From Obrimoposthia wandeli (taxonomy: Eukaryota): a stretch of 64,000 bases of DNA. Shown piece after piece: positions 26,050-40,690 of this stretch (position 1 is its first letter; each line of letters opens with the position of its first letter). The notes beneath the pieces are model-generated. The model was not told the DNA's origin, made no database searches, and saw only the letters and a program-made list of their open reading frames with translations. Made by a program: the position numbers and the translations under genes. The DNA is taken from the NCBI GenBank assembly GCA_977020255.1, contig CDROCS010002100.1, forward strand, positions 434,001-498,000, written 5' to 3'.

Positions 26050-27266
26050 TAGTTGGACATTTAAACGGTTATCGCAAATTTCCGAGATTTCTCCATTGTC
26101 ATTGCATCATTCACCGGGTCTCACCCGTTGCCCAGTATTTAAAAAATGACAAAGTTATGAAAACAGTTTTACAAATTGTCAGTTATATCCGTTCAAATGT
26201 AAAAACTCTTCGCTAATTCAGAAACCTTCTTGAAGAACTGGATCTGGAAGATAATCCAAATGGTATTTCATTCTATTGTCTCGTTAAGTCGTTATCAACT
26301 GGTAATGTCTGGAGCCGATTCATTTTAATTATTGGGACCAATTATTGGTTTTCTTAAATCAAGGGAAGATGTTAACCACAATTACAAAATGACGAGTGTA
26401 CCCAACATTTAATGTTTGCTACTGATGTAATGTAACATTTGCAAATACTTAATTTAGCTCTTCAGGGAAAAATATAAATATTCATGATTTTAGTCTGACT
26501 ATTAACAATTTTCAAATAAAAAATTCCTTTTGAAACGATCTAATTACAAAAAATAGTCATTTTCCTAATATGAAGGATAAATTAAACGATGTACAGGATC
26601 AAAAACCTAAAGAATATGAATCTAAATTGCAGGAAATGCATGATGATTTTTAAATAATATTCGATGATATGAAGATGCTGAAATCTTCTCTCAGTTTTCT
26701 TGTTGATTTATTTCTGGTTCATGTAATTGTAGGAGGTTTTTCAATTCTCAAAACATTTATCAACTTACCATCTCTTGCCGAGTTCGAATTATTAGAAATT
26801 CAGGAACTCTGTTAGAATTTTGGAATCTAGTTCCAGAAAGCAAACACCCGCAACTAAAGATTACAAGTTGTCACCTTATTTAATTTGTTTGGTACAACAT
26901 ATTGTTGTAAATCGTTGTATTCAACTTTGGAATTCCTGAAGTCGAAAAATCGTGCACAACTTACGAATCAACATTCTGGACTGCAATTAAAGTTTATCAA
27001 TCAGATTTCAATAAGCTTTCCACAAGCACGCAAATACAAACAGTTTCTACATCTACCGGCAATAAAAAATCCTATTATTCTGTAAAATTTGGGTTTATTT
27101 TTTAAGTCAAATCAAATCAAAATACTTTGAAATAATATGTTAGTAAAAATGCGGCTAATCTTTGTATAAAAATTAATTATCGTAGAAACAACATTTGATT
27201 TGTTTTGTGGCTCCATATTTTATATATTTGTTTCGGCTCGATTTTCAAAAAGGTTGGCCCTCCCTG
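26050..27266 (+). mobile_element. hAT (Charlie/SPIN-like) transposase remnant with right end
   Basis: HCIIHRV..., IVSYIRSN and FYCLVKSLSTGNV (variant of the VRWLS motif). Ends in GGTTGGCCCTCCCTG, a hAT-type TIR. Confidence 0.75.
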
Positions 27267-27608
27267 GTCTACATAATCGAACACGTGAATGAATTTTTAT
27301 GTGATTTATTAACAAAACATCTGAAATAACTTTAATCTGATAGGAAAATTGGTGGAATTGTTTGGAAAGGAACAGCGAGGAGAGAGAGAAAGTATTGTTT
27401 TACACATATATAATCAACACGTTTGTTTATTCTAGATTTCATGAGTTTGATCGTAGATATGCTTGTGTAATAAGCTTAGATGGAATATTAAGAAGTTGAT
27501 ATGTCTTTAAGAGTATTAGGATAAAAGAATTAAAATTTTAGGGGATGAATAATTTTAAAAATTACATATTTACATTATTTATCAATCTCCGCCGGCCAAA
27601 AACATTTC

Positions 27609-27953
27609 TGTAATTATAGATGGAGAGTTGTTTGCAGTTATGTTGACGTTTTTAAACCACTAAAATATTCGCTTACGAAACATATTGAATCAATGGGCAC
27701 TGATACATCACCAGTCACACTCATGCGTTTCCCTGACTCCGAATATCTCGTGTGGAGTCGGTAATTAGTGTTTCTGGGTCGATGGTGCACGGATAGCAGT
27801 TGGGATCAACTGATCCCCTACTAGGACAGTTCGCTATCTGTCTCCAATGATCGTCGTTGGTCGGTTTCCTGTACGCCTTCTTCCTCCATCAGCAGCAGTA
27901 GAAAACAACAAGAGAGGCAGCAGTGAGATCCAGATTCCAGGCCGCTGCTTTTT
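27609..27953 (+). mobile_element. Solo LTR-like repeat, copy 1 (3' truncated)
   Basis: Starts TGTAATTATAG; highly similar by eye to the reverse complement of 34856-35207. Confidence 0.7.
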
Positions 27954-28009
27954 AGTTCTTGTGATGTATTTGCGACACATTTGTATTTTGTATCATTAAA
28001 GTCATATTA

Positions 28010-28890
28010 TCATGTTTCAAACAAATGAAGAAATCGAAAAAATAATATCGTATTCAATTTCTGAAAGAAGTATCAAAACAGTAGAGTATCATTTATCTGA
28101 AGAATTTCATATAGTAGCCCCTTCAAACAAGACCAAGAATGATTGGCAAAAGTTATTTAACACAGACAAACGAAATTCCACAACAGACAAGGTATGAAGA
28201 CATGAATATGTACAAACACAAATGACTAGAAGAATTTCTAGTTACTGGAGGACTGAAACGCCGTGAATTTTGAAAGACAATGTCTAAGAACGAATTATGC
28301 ATGCTCCGAGATGTACCGACAAGATAATGTTTAGTGTTGTGGCAACGTTACATCTCTTTGGAACAATTAACATGCACAATATCTTTATTAATCTCTCCAA
28401 AATGAAAACAGAAAGTTTGAAACCTACTTGAATTTCTCATCAATTGCTATTCAGGCAATTGTGTCATCCAACGAGTGTATTCACGTTAATTTTTTGATAA
28501 CTACAATGGGCAGCGCTCAGTACTGTAGCATTTTATGACATTTTTGTACCCATATTAAGCAGCAGTTGTCACAATCAGTATAAATATCTACAAGTATCCT
28601 TAAATTGATTAATATCTGAAATATATCTCGAAATGCTGATTGGGATAAATGAATGGCTTCTCCGAAACCCAGATCTAACTGTATGTAACTATTTGTTCTG
28701 GCCGTACTTACGACAAAAAGTCTTCAGTCAACCTCAATCAACTACCATAGCAGAGTTAGCACAGAGATTGAAGACGGTCTTGAAAATATTGAAACGAACT
28801 TTTCACAATTTCCTTAAGCATTGCAATCTCTGTATTGCACACCAAAGCAGCCATTTCGGGTACTGAATGAAATAAGAAACTGTGACAATG
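28010..28890 (+). pseudogene. mariner/maT-like transposase remnant
   Basis: HTH-like ORF at 28012, and EWLLRNPDLTVCNYLFWPYLRQKVF, matching 'WP.RSPDL..cD..lWg.lK.kV'. Confidence 0.7.
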
Positions 28891-29099
28891 GTGAAAAAAT
28901 CACGAATTAGTTAAATATGTTATTATTCAGAAAATAGTACAAAGAATAAAGAAAACCTGGTGGCGGTTTTGATTAATTAATCTTAGATTTATTAGATATT
29001 AGCGCTTTATTAAATATATTATTAATTTTTTATAATATGGAATATTTTGTTAGAGAATGATTTTAAAAATTATTTCCCTTCTATTTACCATTCAACTTA

Positions 29100-29420
29100 T
29101 AGATGTTGTCATACAATGAAATCAATGATAAAGAGCTGAATTGGTTTAAAATTTATTTACTTTTGCACAAGCAATCTGTTATAATTGATAAGGGTCTCAA
29201 ATCCTGAATACCTAATCAACATTTACAATTTATATTATTTAATGTATTTTTTTATTTCCAGATAATTAATAAATCACCCACAAAAGTTTTAAACAAAGCT
29301 GTCAGAATTATATTCAAATTAAATCAAAGTATTATTACACTTGGCCACTTAATGAAGGTCCATTGGCTACCGACCAATTCCAGAATTAAATTCAAGATCC
29401 TCATATTATCAAAGAAATGT
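29100..29420 (+). pseudogene. L2/CR1 LINE reverse-transcriptase C-terminal remnant
   Basis: LNKAVRIIFK...HLMKVHWLPTNSRIKFKIL matches the 'LHWLP...RI.FK' motif. Confidence 0.75.
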
Positions 29421-30739
29421 ATGAAATTGAAGAAATAAAATTTAAATATTTTTCTTCAGCATACAAACTCTATTTTGTTTGTTACTAGGCATTTAATTGT
29501 ACGTTTTTTTATTATTAAGTTTTGTGAATTTACTCTTGATTTATTCAATTATTGTTTTTCAAGTAGACAGGAAAAATAATAGAAACCTTTTGAAATTAGT
29601 AGAGAAAATGGTAATGAGACAAAAAAGTTTAATTGTAAATTAAGATAGAAAAATCCTAGAAAATGGAGAATTAATCGAAGAAACTAATTTAATCAGATGA
29701 TGGACTGCAGTTGAAACATCTGGGAGAAACAGCAGAAATCGAACAGTCTCTGTGAGAAATTGGCGAGATGGGAAGTTGTGGGTCTGCGTGGAACCAGTAC
29801 GAAATCAGGGAAGGGGGCAAACACGGCCTAATTAGTCAATACTGGACGCATTGAAATTTTCTGTCAACAATGTGGAACATCTACGGATACGATGATGACG
29901 AAAACTCAGTAGCAGGAATTACCAACCCAGTCGAGCATGACTGTGGATGGGATTTGGGATTGTCGGGTGGGAGATGAGCAGATCCTGCGTGAATCATATT
30001 TGAAGTAAGAAAAAAGAGAAGCTTTTTTAAGCTTACGAACGATAAACTACGTTCTAAAAAATGTGTTGAAATTTAATTAAAAGGTTTTGTCATTTATAAA
30101 AATGTAAATCAATATTAAATTGCACGAGTATATTTTTTCCACAAAATCAACTGTATCTTCCTTAGAGGCTATAAAGTCACATAACTTTATTTATAATTTT
30201 TCATTCCATTATCTCTTTAGGTACATTGATTAAGAGCACCATTGTCAGTTGAACTTATGATTAACAATAAGTCCTCATCTGTATCATTTGGAATGTTTCA
30301 ATAGGATCGCCATTCATAACTTATCATGGTTGAACCAAGTATTATGGCATCTCCATACAGGAAACCTTCATGAGTTTAGCAACAATATCAACCCAAGGCT
30401 CGTTTGAACATTCGACTTCCGTTGTTTTTACTTCTGCTGAACATGGGTTGGTTAATCTCAACTGTGAGGCAGGATCATCAGAGCCCAACGCAAACCTCAC
30501 TGAAATATTATTTTAATCAGTAATCCGTAGTTGACGCTGGTATTTCTAATACAGATTCCCAATTCTTATTTTACAGAACTTGATGTTTGTTAATTCATCA
30601 AATCAACAATAATTAAACATAACCACTTTGCGAAACTCAAAGAGATAACTCTCAAATCGTATATTACTTCGAAATGTAATAGTGAAGAAATGCAGGCCTC
30701 TAGTAATTCACCATTTCAGATGGCGTCAAAACTTAATAT

Positions 30740-32088
30740 GGTAGTATTAGACAGTATTCCCTACTTTTAAATTTGCCGCTAAAAACTCACAAAAATAATT
30801 AAGTATTATTAAAACAATTTATTCAAAGAAGTTAAAACTTTATTTTTGGATGTTTTACCATTTATTTTTATCTCAATTTTACGTGTAAAATCATTAAAAA
30901 AAGTTTAGAAATTTTTGGAATACAATTTGTACGATAATAATCCATATGCATTAAAATAGTCATGCTTTTTTAATTATTGTTTTTTAATCATTTTAATTTT
31001 GTCAATATGTCTTTTGAATATATAACCACTGAAAAGCGGACGAAGAAGGCAAAAGATATTTGCCAAACATTGAAAGACATGGCTCTTATCCATGTAGAAA
31101 TGTTTTGTAAATGTCATCGGCCTATGAAATTGTCCTACAGGGGTTTGAAAGATCTGTCTTATTGGAAGTGCACAATAAGTCACGAATTATCCCCACGGCA
31201 TAGAAACTGGTTTGATGGATACAACGTAACGTATAAACAGGTTATGAATGTTTCATTTTATTGGCTCCATGACGTGTATCAAACACAAACATCACGGATA
31301 ATGGAGCTCAATTTACAAAAAGTGGGGAAATTGTAAGTTTCTTTTTAATTTCATTATCTATCTTAAATATATTTATATATATTGATTCTATGATTTCCGA
31401 ATGCACGCAATTCATTTGCTGCAAAAAAACAACCAGAAGATTGGCGGTCCAGGCAAAGTGGTGGAAATTGACGAAAGCGTGTTTGGTCGCCGTAAATACA
31501 ACCGCGGCAGGCTGAAAAAGACGATATGGATAGTTGATACGGACTGCCACAGAGACTTTTGGAACCTAGGAATTCATACGTGCATCATAATGTAAACTAC
31601 AGTCGTAATTTTGTAGATCTAGGCACTATTTAATTTTAATTTTTAGCATTATAAAACTGATATTAAACGTGGTGGTATCAGAAGAAAATACACCATGGAT
31701 TATTTATTGTCCAAAATATGGAAAGTGAAACATAAAAGTACACCAAAAGAAGATTTACTTGTAACTTTTATGCAATCGGCCGTTGAATGCGTGGACTGCT
31801 TCGGCTTACAATGATGTATAAAATTTAAATGTTTCTAATAAAATATTAATACTATCTTTATGCGTTATCTTTAAATATAGAAATTTATATTAAATATATA
31901 TATATTTATAATTTATGCCGTTATTATAATTAATGCTTACAATTTAAACAATATTTTACAATACAATTTACAATAAACAATTTAATTTCAAATTATTAAA
32001 TATTAAATTAATAAAATAGGTGACCTATTTTATTTTTTTTCTATTTAAAAAAATTAAAATTCATTGTGGAAGACTATCGAATACTGCC
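30740..32088 (+). mobile_element. Merlin (IS1595-like) transposon, internally deleted
   Basis: Transposase motifs IGGPGKVVEIDES..RKYNRGR and H.VN.S.NFVD. Imperfect TIRs GGTAGTATTAGACAGT / ACTATCGAATACTGCC. Exact 8-bp TSD CTTAATAT at 30732-30739 and 32089-32096. Confidence 0.88.
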
Positions 32089-34274
32089 CTTAATATAAAT
32101 CGAAAGTTAAATTAAAATCATTTAAAACAAATAATGTAAACTATTTCGATTTATCTATAATTGATGGTAGTAGTTTAATAAATAAAAAAAATATATTAAA
32201 ATATTTGTTTTATTTTAATTCCCCGTCAATTTAACAAATTATTCCACAAAAAATCAGTTTAACCACCATTAGGAAATCAGATATTTATAAAACAGAATAC
32301 ATTGAAGTTCCCATTTTTGGATATTTGTGGTATATTTTATCTTACAATTTTATTCATATATTTAATCAGTGTATCAAATCAATAAAGTTTCGTTTTCATA
32401 AACCCTTCAAAACAGCGAATATGTTCCTAATGATCGACAATTAGTGGAGATTGCTTTTAAAATAACATTATTGAATGGTTGGCCTCATTTTACCTTTGAT
32501 AAAATAATGAAATGGTTTTTTGTTATAACTTTCAAATACTTTTAATCCACAAAATTTGTAAATATTGTCGGAGAAAGAGTCACACGATCTCTTTAAAATA
32601 CAAAATTAATCATCTTAGTTAAATATGACAATTCAAAGAAGTAGAGAACATAAATCAGAACATTGATAAACATTTACGGTCGATCAAAAAATTTTCCAGT
32701 TTTTCAAAATGTCATAACCTTTTTGTATTACAAAATAAGTAAGTAAAGACGAAAATATTTTTTATTCAACAGTTTATTTGTAGCGTTTGCATTCTATTGA
32801 AAATTTTCCATCGCCACCAAAGCAATTAATAACAAAATGTTATTAACTTTTGGAACTGATTGTACAACAATTAGACCTGGGGTTCCACGTAGATGCCACC
32901 TCACGTCTCATCTTCAATTATCCGTATCCAGAGAGTTATATAGCCACGTTTGAGTAAACATTTGTTAAAACCTTCTGAAGAATTAACTCTGCTCATTTGA
33001 TTATCCGAAAATTACAAATCTTTCTCATATCAAAGTCTTGGTCAAGATAATCCTCGCTATTTCGTGCTTTATTCTTGTAATTATTCCTTTATTCAACAAT
33101 GCAAATAACTATAGGATCATTAACGATGCATTCTTTAACTTTAGTAACAAATTCCTCATTTCGTATTGAAAATTCACCTTTTATTGATGCATCAGATAGT
33201 GGCTTTCGTGGACCACTTTGAAAAAACGTTACTACATGATGCATCTGTGGTAAATTTAGAAACTTTTCCTAATATGGATTTCATTTTATATGTTTGTGTA
33301 ATAAAACAGTGCTGCAAATATTTTAGTTATCCGACAACGTTAATGACAACATGAATCTAAATATGTATTGCAAAAAATAAAATGCATATGAATTCAAAAT
33401 TTGATTTTGAAAACTTAAAGAATGTGTTTAATTTATCATTATTTTATTGATTCGAAAAAAACAATACCGTCAGTTAAAATTTTGTGTCATACGAACATGT
33501 AAAGTACGACATGGGCGATTAGACAACTTATCTTTTATGTTAAATGTGGGAAATGGTAAATAAAGTCAAAAAGTTACAAAAACAAAAATTTAAATTCTTT
33601 TTAAAAAGCCATGCATTAGAAAAGATAAAGTGAAACTTTAGAAGTTCTTTTATTATACAAATATTTAATGAAAATATTATAATTTTTCATATGAACCCAT
33701 TTAGTTACATTGTTAAGATCTAGAATGGATAAATATATTTATACAAATTGAATGAAATGGCTAATATTTATAGTCCTCGCCAAGGACAAAGAATTAAATT
33801 AAATTACAAAACAAACCCTCAACAACAATACCCTAAAAAGAATGTAATTTATTAACCTCAGTTGACCTGAGCTGACTATATTAGTAAGTCTCTTGACGCA
33901 CCAGGACAGTATTTGTGAATTGTAGAGGAATTGTTGAGTAGAAGCAGTCTAATACGCCGAGGATTTGGGAGCTGCAGAATTGCCGTAAAGAGATATCGAT
34001 ATTTCAGGACTATTCTTAACGATTATGAAGAGAACCTTAAGTCCAATTTTGATAAACCCGCTTTGATAAAGACTATTTTGACTTTCGGTCTTAAGTACAA
34101 TGGAAATACCTTTAAGAACTCTCGAGTTAGAGGCGTCTCTTTGAAGAGCAATAACTCTAACAACAACAATATCACGACATTTGTTAGATTTTTCAATTGT
34201 AGGCAGACGTTTTCTGAATATGAATTATCCATAACAAAATGTGCATAATGCCTCCCTATGTTGACCTAATAATC

Positions 34275-34588
34275 TGTAATGTTTAGTTAGACAGTCATGG
34301 TACTGGTAAGAGGGTGATGGTGATGCTCGTGTGGTATCAGTTTGACCGCTGGCCAGATGGAAATGTGTCATGGTTAGCATTACAGAGAAGTTGGAGAGAG
34401 AATTAGAGAAGCAGAAGGAAAACAAGCCTACAGGCAGAGTCTACGACTGCTCTAATTAACACGCCGATTTTAGGCTTCCTTGCTGCTGCGTCTAGTCTTC
34501 CCCATCGATGGCAGCTGCTTCTCGGGAATCAACGTAGACATCAGTACAGATGTTTGATACTTTTCTGACAAATAAAAACAACATTACA
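34275..34588 (+). mobile_element. Solo LTR (314 bp)
   Basis: TG...CA ends with a perfect 9-bp terminal inverted repeat (TGTAATGTT/AACATTACA) and AATAAA at 34571. No clear TSD. Confidence 0.65.
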
Positions 34589-34839
34589 ATAAATTTCCAA
34601 ACGAATGAACTGTTACGCAATTAATTTTGACATTGTGTATATGTGACCTTGAAATCGAAGGAATTCTCTGATAGGAAAGTGAATAGGTAAAGCTGATTTA
34701 TTCGCTGCAACTCTGTACTTATAAGTTATCAGAAGATTAAGTTTAAAAAGGGTCACATAAATGACGGGATTAAACGAATATTTTAGCTCGCAAATAAATC
34801 ATAATTATGCCGTATTTCACGAATTCTCATTCAAATCCC

Positions 34840-35207
34840 GGTAATAATTGAGGCCAAAGAAGCAGCGGTCTGGAATCTGGATCTCACCGCTGCTTCTTCT
34901 TGTTCTTTTTCTGCGGCTGATGGAGGAAGAAGGCGTACAGGAAACCGACCAACGACGATCATTGGAGACAGATAGTGAACTGTCCTTGTACAATGTAGGG
35001 GATCAGTTGATCCCAACTGCTATCCGTGCACCATCGACCCAGAAACACTAATTACCGACTCCACACGAGATATTCGGAGTCAGGGAAATGCATGAGTGTG
35101 ACTGGTGATGTATCAGTGCCCATTGATTCAATATGCTATGTCAGCGAATATTTTAGTGATTTAAAAACGTCAACATAACTGCAAACAACTCTCCATCTAT
35201 AATTACG
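34840..35207 (-). mobile_element. Solo LTR-like repeat, copy 2
   Basis: Reverse-complement match to 27609-27953; ends resemble a degenerate TGTAAT...ATTACA. Confidence 0.7.
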
Positions 35208-35539
35208 GAATCGTATGTTGGGATCTGAAGATGAACTTATTCCTTCGTAAACATAATGTAGTCTAAAGAATTTCTGATTTGTATCTCTCCAATCGTAATT
35301 CTGTATTTCCCTTTTAAATTTATATTCAATTATGTAAATGTTACAACAAATAAATTAATTAGCATGTAAATATCGTACCTAAATTTTAAAAATGTAATGA
35401 AAAAGGTAATATGTATAACCAAACATGCTACAAATTCAAGAAATACTACATTTTTTATATTTATTTTAATTAACATTTTATAACAATCGTAAGATTTAGT
35501 TATTGTCATTCTTCTAGTCATGTTGTTGTGGGTTTGAAT

Positions 35540-37390
35540 ATTGCTCAGAACAGTCTGAAGATAAAATTATATAATTCTAATGTCGTGTATCTCTTGTCCA
35601 ATGGTATCTCAAAATCCAATGCATCCAGTCTTTTAATCGAATTAAACAGTAATCGAAGTGAATCTTTCAAATGTGAGGATGACTTTATTTCAAACCATGC
35701 AGGAGCGAAAACGGAAACTATATAAGTGACGAGTTTTACTAAGACACTTGAGGGGCATAGCTCCCTTGTGTATAAACAGAGAAGCCGTATTGCAAGTGGT
35801 AATCACCTTACATGGTTGACCGGGCCAATTTTCCACCTTGCCCATATTTCATCAACTGCATCATTTCCAATACCCTTGCAATATTCGTACAGAAGCCGTT
35901 GATCATGACTAAGATCTTTAAGCACCAAATCGGAAAGATCAACGATTGCTGTTTCAATTATACAAAATTCAACTTGTGGTTTATCTTGGGTGTCTTTAGT
36001 GCATTTCTTTCCTAAATGACCACTAAAGCTTCTTGGACCCGTAGTGAACCCATCTAACTTATTAAACAAAGCTTTAAATGGTAATTCGTTCTGATGAAGA
36101 GAGCAACCAATGATATGTAGTTGTCTGTTTACAAGTTTCTCTAGATTTACTACTAAACCGTTATTACATCCAGTATTTATAGAAGTATTATCGATAAGAA
36201 TGGCTCACACTTTATATGCTTTTATATTCCATGAGCACACTAGATGCCTCATGTGCCATAACTAGTCCAGTTGATCCAACAATAGGTATTGCTCGGTGGG
36301 TTAGATATCCGGATTTGTACCCATCTTCATATGTGAAAGTTAAATGATGCTCTCGATGCATCATTTTTTAAGCCGGTTTTCCCCTTCTAAGTCGTTAACC
36401 TCTTTATAACACAATGTTTCATCATCAATTTTAAGCCAAATTCGATATATCTTTCGAAATATCTGAACTTACTAGCTGTACTTTTGATTAGGCCTTGTCC
36501 AATTTACACTTATCAATTATGGTGCCCTCAATTGCTACTGCAGGTTTTAATACATGTATGATATCATGTAGCAGTGCATTGCTAAGTGCAGCACCCAAAT
36601 TTGACGAGCATTGACTTCTCACAAGTTCAACAGCTAATCTTCGGACTTTAAACAAACTGTATTTCCCTGATTGTGTTCGCTCTGGCTCCCATATTTCTTC
36701 ATCATCAGTTAATGTTCTACTATCTGTTGAACACCAACAATATATCCCTTTATTTTGATTTCATTCATCCTATTCGATCCTCTTTTGCCGTTTTACAGCT
36801 ATTGTATCTACCGAGGAGGACATTTGATATTCACCTTTGGGTCCTATCTTTGAGCGTTGATTTTTAAGATATACCCTTTATTCGTATGGAACTTTACATT
36901 GTGAATTACAAATGCAAATTATATGATCAGTTTGACAATTCTTCGTACAATTAATCTCGGAACAAGGAAAAAAGTCAAATGAGCACGAACATGCAGAAAT
37001 ATCAAAAAGTTTATAAAATATTTTATCTAAGTTACTCTTCTGACTTGAATTTTCTTGTTTGCGGTTGATGTCTTTACCAAAGTTACCAAATCTTTAATCT
37101 TCCTAATTATGGATTTTTCATTAATCAGAGGCACATTTGGATTTACTGTCATCCAAATACAATATATATCTTGTTTGACTTTCTCCACAATTTACAAAAA
37201 AAATCAATATTGGGGTTTGTATTCCATATAAAATAGTAATGCTGTATTACTTGACGATATGTACTGGGTTCTGCTTGAAGTAATTCACATATTCCTCCAC
37301 CATACTGTATTTTTTTGGTAATTTCTTGTTAATCGTCGTTTAGACATTAATAAATCCGAAATATTAATTTTAATTGACTTTAATAAGGTT
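35540..37390 (-). pseudogene. Divergent hAT-like transposase remnant
   Basis: Minus strand reads ILIDNTSINTG...IGCSLHQNELPFKALFNKLDGFTTGP...DLSHDQRLLYEYC...IGPVNHVR*L, with a CxxH motif. Many stops and frameshifts. Confidence 0.6.
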
Positions 37391-37401
37391 AGATTATATT
37401 A

Positions 37402-38041
37402 CCGTAAATTCGCATGTACAAGGTGCATCTCGAAAAAATCGGAATTTTCGATATGAAATACACGTATTAGACGCAGTGGCGTTTAAGGCGCATTATCTGT
37501 TTAAACATGTGCCTGAATAAATTCAACCAAATAATCTCAACTATTCATTTATTTATCACTTTCATCTTCAAATCCATTAAAGTCTTCATCAATTGAGTCA
37601 GTATCCATTAACTGGGCTAATTCTGGTGGAAGTATGGATGGCTCCATTTACCATTTCAAGCCTAAAAAACTGATTTTTATATTTATAAAATTAGATATGA
37701 TATTTATTGATCTATATTGAAATCATGCTATTATTAAGTATTTCATGTATTGCCATATTATTTCATGATTTTCTTGATAAAATTTTGCCGACGATCAAAA
37801 ATAGAAATTATACATCTAAGAAATGAACTGAATAAGTTAAGTATAGTATACTAAACATATGAAGCTAAAATCAGAGGAGGGGAGTCAACTATTATATTAT
37901 ATTTATAACCCCCTTCTCAAGGTTAAATGACTAGAAATATGTTTCAATTTACAAGATATACACGTATAAGGCGCAGTGGTGTATAAGGCGCAGCCCCTAA
38001 TTTCTTTATAAAAATATGTAATTATACATGCAAATTTACGG
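37402..38041. mobile_element. pogo-derived non-autonomous element (640 bp)
   Basis: TIRs CCGTAAATTYGCATGTA flanked by TA. Subterminal ~34-bp direct repeats at ~37460 and ~37960. Minus-strand DTDSIDEDFNGFED acidic pogo-like tail. Confidence 0.75.
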
Positions 38042-39879
38042 TAATATAAAAATTACCTGTAATTCTAAAATCTAAATTTATATATTCCAATTACTATAAT
38101 TCAAAATAATTACTAATTAATATTTAAGGCCGCATTCAATATATATTTTAATGTAATAAAATAATATAATAATTATCTTGTGATATTTATCACTTATTTC
38201 AAGATTAACTTTTGTTTAAAAGAACCTAATATTAATTTTTATAATCTTTCAGTTAAATTTAAATTCGCAAAGAAATACTTGACGAATATAAATTATAATT
38301 ATATTTTTGTGATGCTTATGTGATACCACAGCTATCGGTATATTACGAGTATTCCAGTTCAGAAATCGACCTACCCTATTGTCCATGGCAAAGTAAATAA
38401 AATATAATTTGTAATGAATAATCTGTGAATAACACCAAAAGGCCGAAACGAACGATCAGTCTGCAAGAATGTACTTGAAGCAGTGGTCAGTCTTCGATGA
38501 TGTCGATGAGGCAGTGGTATGTCTACGAAGATCTTGGTGATGCAATGGTCTCAAATCGAGAATCTAGGCGGTCACAAATCAAGAAACTGAAAGGCTGGAA
38601 TCTGGATCTGATGTGAAGAATTAGCACTTAGATGATTGTTTCGGTTGTCCGAAAGTATATTAATTGAAATGAAGATTGCTAGATCGGTATATGTCATTTG
38701 TGATCTTTTGATCATGGTGGTATGTGATGCAATAATTTGTATATGTATTGTTTTGACAACAAATATATTTTGTGAAATCAGTTCTCTTTTCTTTTTCGTT
38801 ATTTCACACTACATTTACTCATTATTGTCTTTCGTCTTCTAACAACTTCCTTTTACATATTTAAGGCGTTTTATACTTCAGTCAAATTTAAGAATAAAAA
38901 GTTTCATTAGTATGTAATCCTAATAAAAAATTATTAAGTATAAGTGACAAATTTTCAAAAATTAAATGCGTATTCTAATTTCAGTGTTTCACATATTTCT
39001 CAGAAAGGTGATAGAATTAATCAACATAAATTGCTGATTTAACAAAGGCTGTAAGAAAGAATTAATTTGAAGAAAGGAATGAGACGATCATTGGGTAACT
39101 TCAAAAGATCATTGAAAACGAATTTCTTTGAAATAATTGACAAGTTGGTTTCCTTGATCTAAGATCGATTGGAGCAAAAAGACAATTAGGAACAGAAATT
39201 TAGGGAAAAATCACTAAACAATGAGAAATTAAACATCTGACGATTTGTAGTGGAAATAATTTGTTTCTTATAACGGAAAATTGCAATTAAAATCATTTCG
39301 GTTACTAAAAATGGGCAGAAGTATAATGTCAACTTGAAAATGTTAATTGTTAGGTGCTATCATTGAAAATTATGAAAAGTAATAGTAAAACACAATTTAT
39401 ACATTATTAATAAACAATCATTTAGCAAAAATATTATCAATATTGCTGTAGGGGATCCCAGAATGATCTCCACATCTGCATTTTACATTAAACTTTACCA
39501 AATTATAATTTAATAGTTTGAAATTTTAATATATTATAAATGGAATAAAGTTTTAAAATATATTTTAGAGTTATCTCAAAATAAACATTGTCCCATTAAA
39601 AATATTCTATGAAATATTATTTATAAATTTCTTCATATTTTTATTGATTATATTATAACAGATAATATGATTTATACAACTTTCATACTAAAAGTTTATA
39701 GAAAGAAAAAAAGAAATTACGAAAATACACTAGGAAGAAATGTGCCCAAATATAATATATGAGAATTTTTTTTTTTTTTTTTAACGGATAGAAAATTTCT
39801 TAAAGAATAAGCTTTATTCCAATTAGTAAATAAACAGTTTTTTTAAATATTTATATATAAATTATCTGAAAAAAACTTT

Positions 39880-40690
39880 GAATAAAGTTCACAAAGATCA
39901 AGGTTAGATTTCTCAAAGAAAATACTTTTAGAAGTCCCAGTTAGTACGATAAAATATTTTTTCGGTTTAAAAAAGATTTTACCAATAAGGGCATAATGGA
40001 TATAGTTATTATTGGCCGGATGAAAAGTACCGAAAACTAATTTGGAAAAAGTATAGCTTCACGATAGGTACGAGGCATGGTATCAAATTTTGAATATATG
40101 GCAAAATTATTCATTGATGGACATCTAAAAAATATATAAATATGGTAATTTATTTACAGAGTATCTTATAAATGAATCCATATCAAATATTTCTCACTTT
40201 CATCAAGATAACGAATCCTCACATGTTCCTAAATATACTCTATCTTAAATAAATGAAGATAATAATATTTACGTTTGGAGAATATCATAAAGTTGAATTT
40301 TCATGAAAAGCCTCAACCGTACAATTATTAAAGCATGGAATAAGACATAATGACATAAAAACACTATAGAAAACTTACCATATAGCTTTTGTATGGTAGT
40401 TGAAAGAATATATTTGATTAAATAAATGTTTACTATTTAATATTTTGACGTTTACTTTAGTTAATTTTGAGTTAAAATATGTTAGAAATGTAATTTTTGG
40501 GAAAATTTAATTTGTGAAATTTAACATATTTTTTTAATTTATGTAGTCAAACTAAACCTCGATGAAATACTTCTTTCAAAAAACATCAACATTTATGTTA
40601 TCTCAAACGTATTAAAATTTCAAGTCTTTACGGTAAAAACTTGTAAGTTTCGTTCAAAAATGTAGTTAGGAAATATAGTTTTAGGACTGT
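39880..40690 (+). pseudogene. Tc1 element remnant
   Basis: Degenerate 'IFS.EK.F...G.NGY.YYW' region; ends ...TTAGGACTG-TA, a Tc1-type terminus. Confidence 0.5.
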
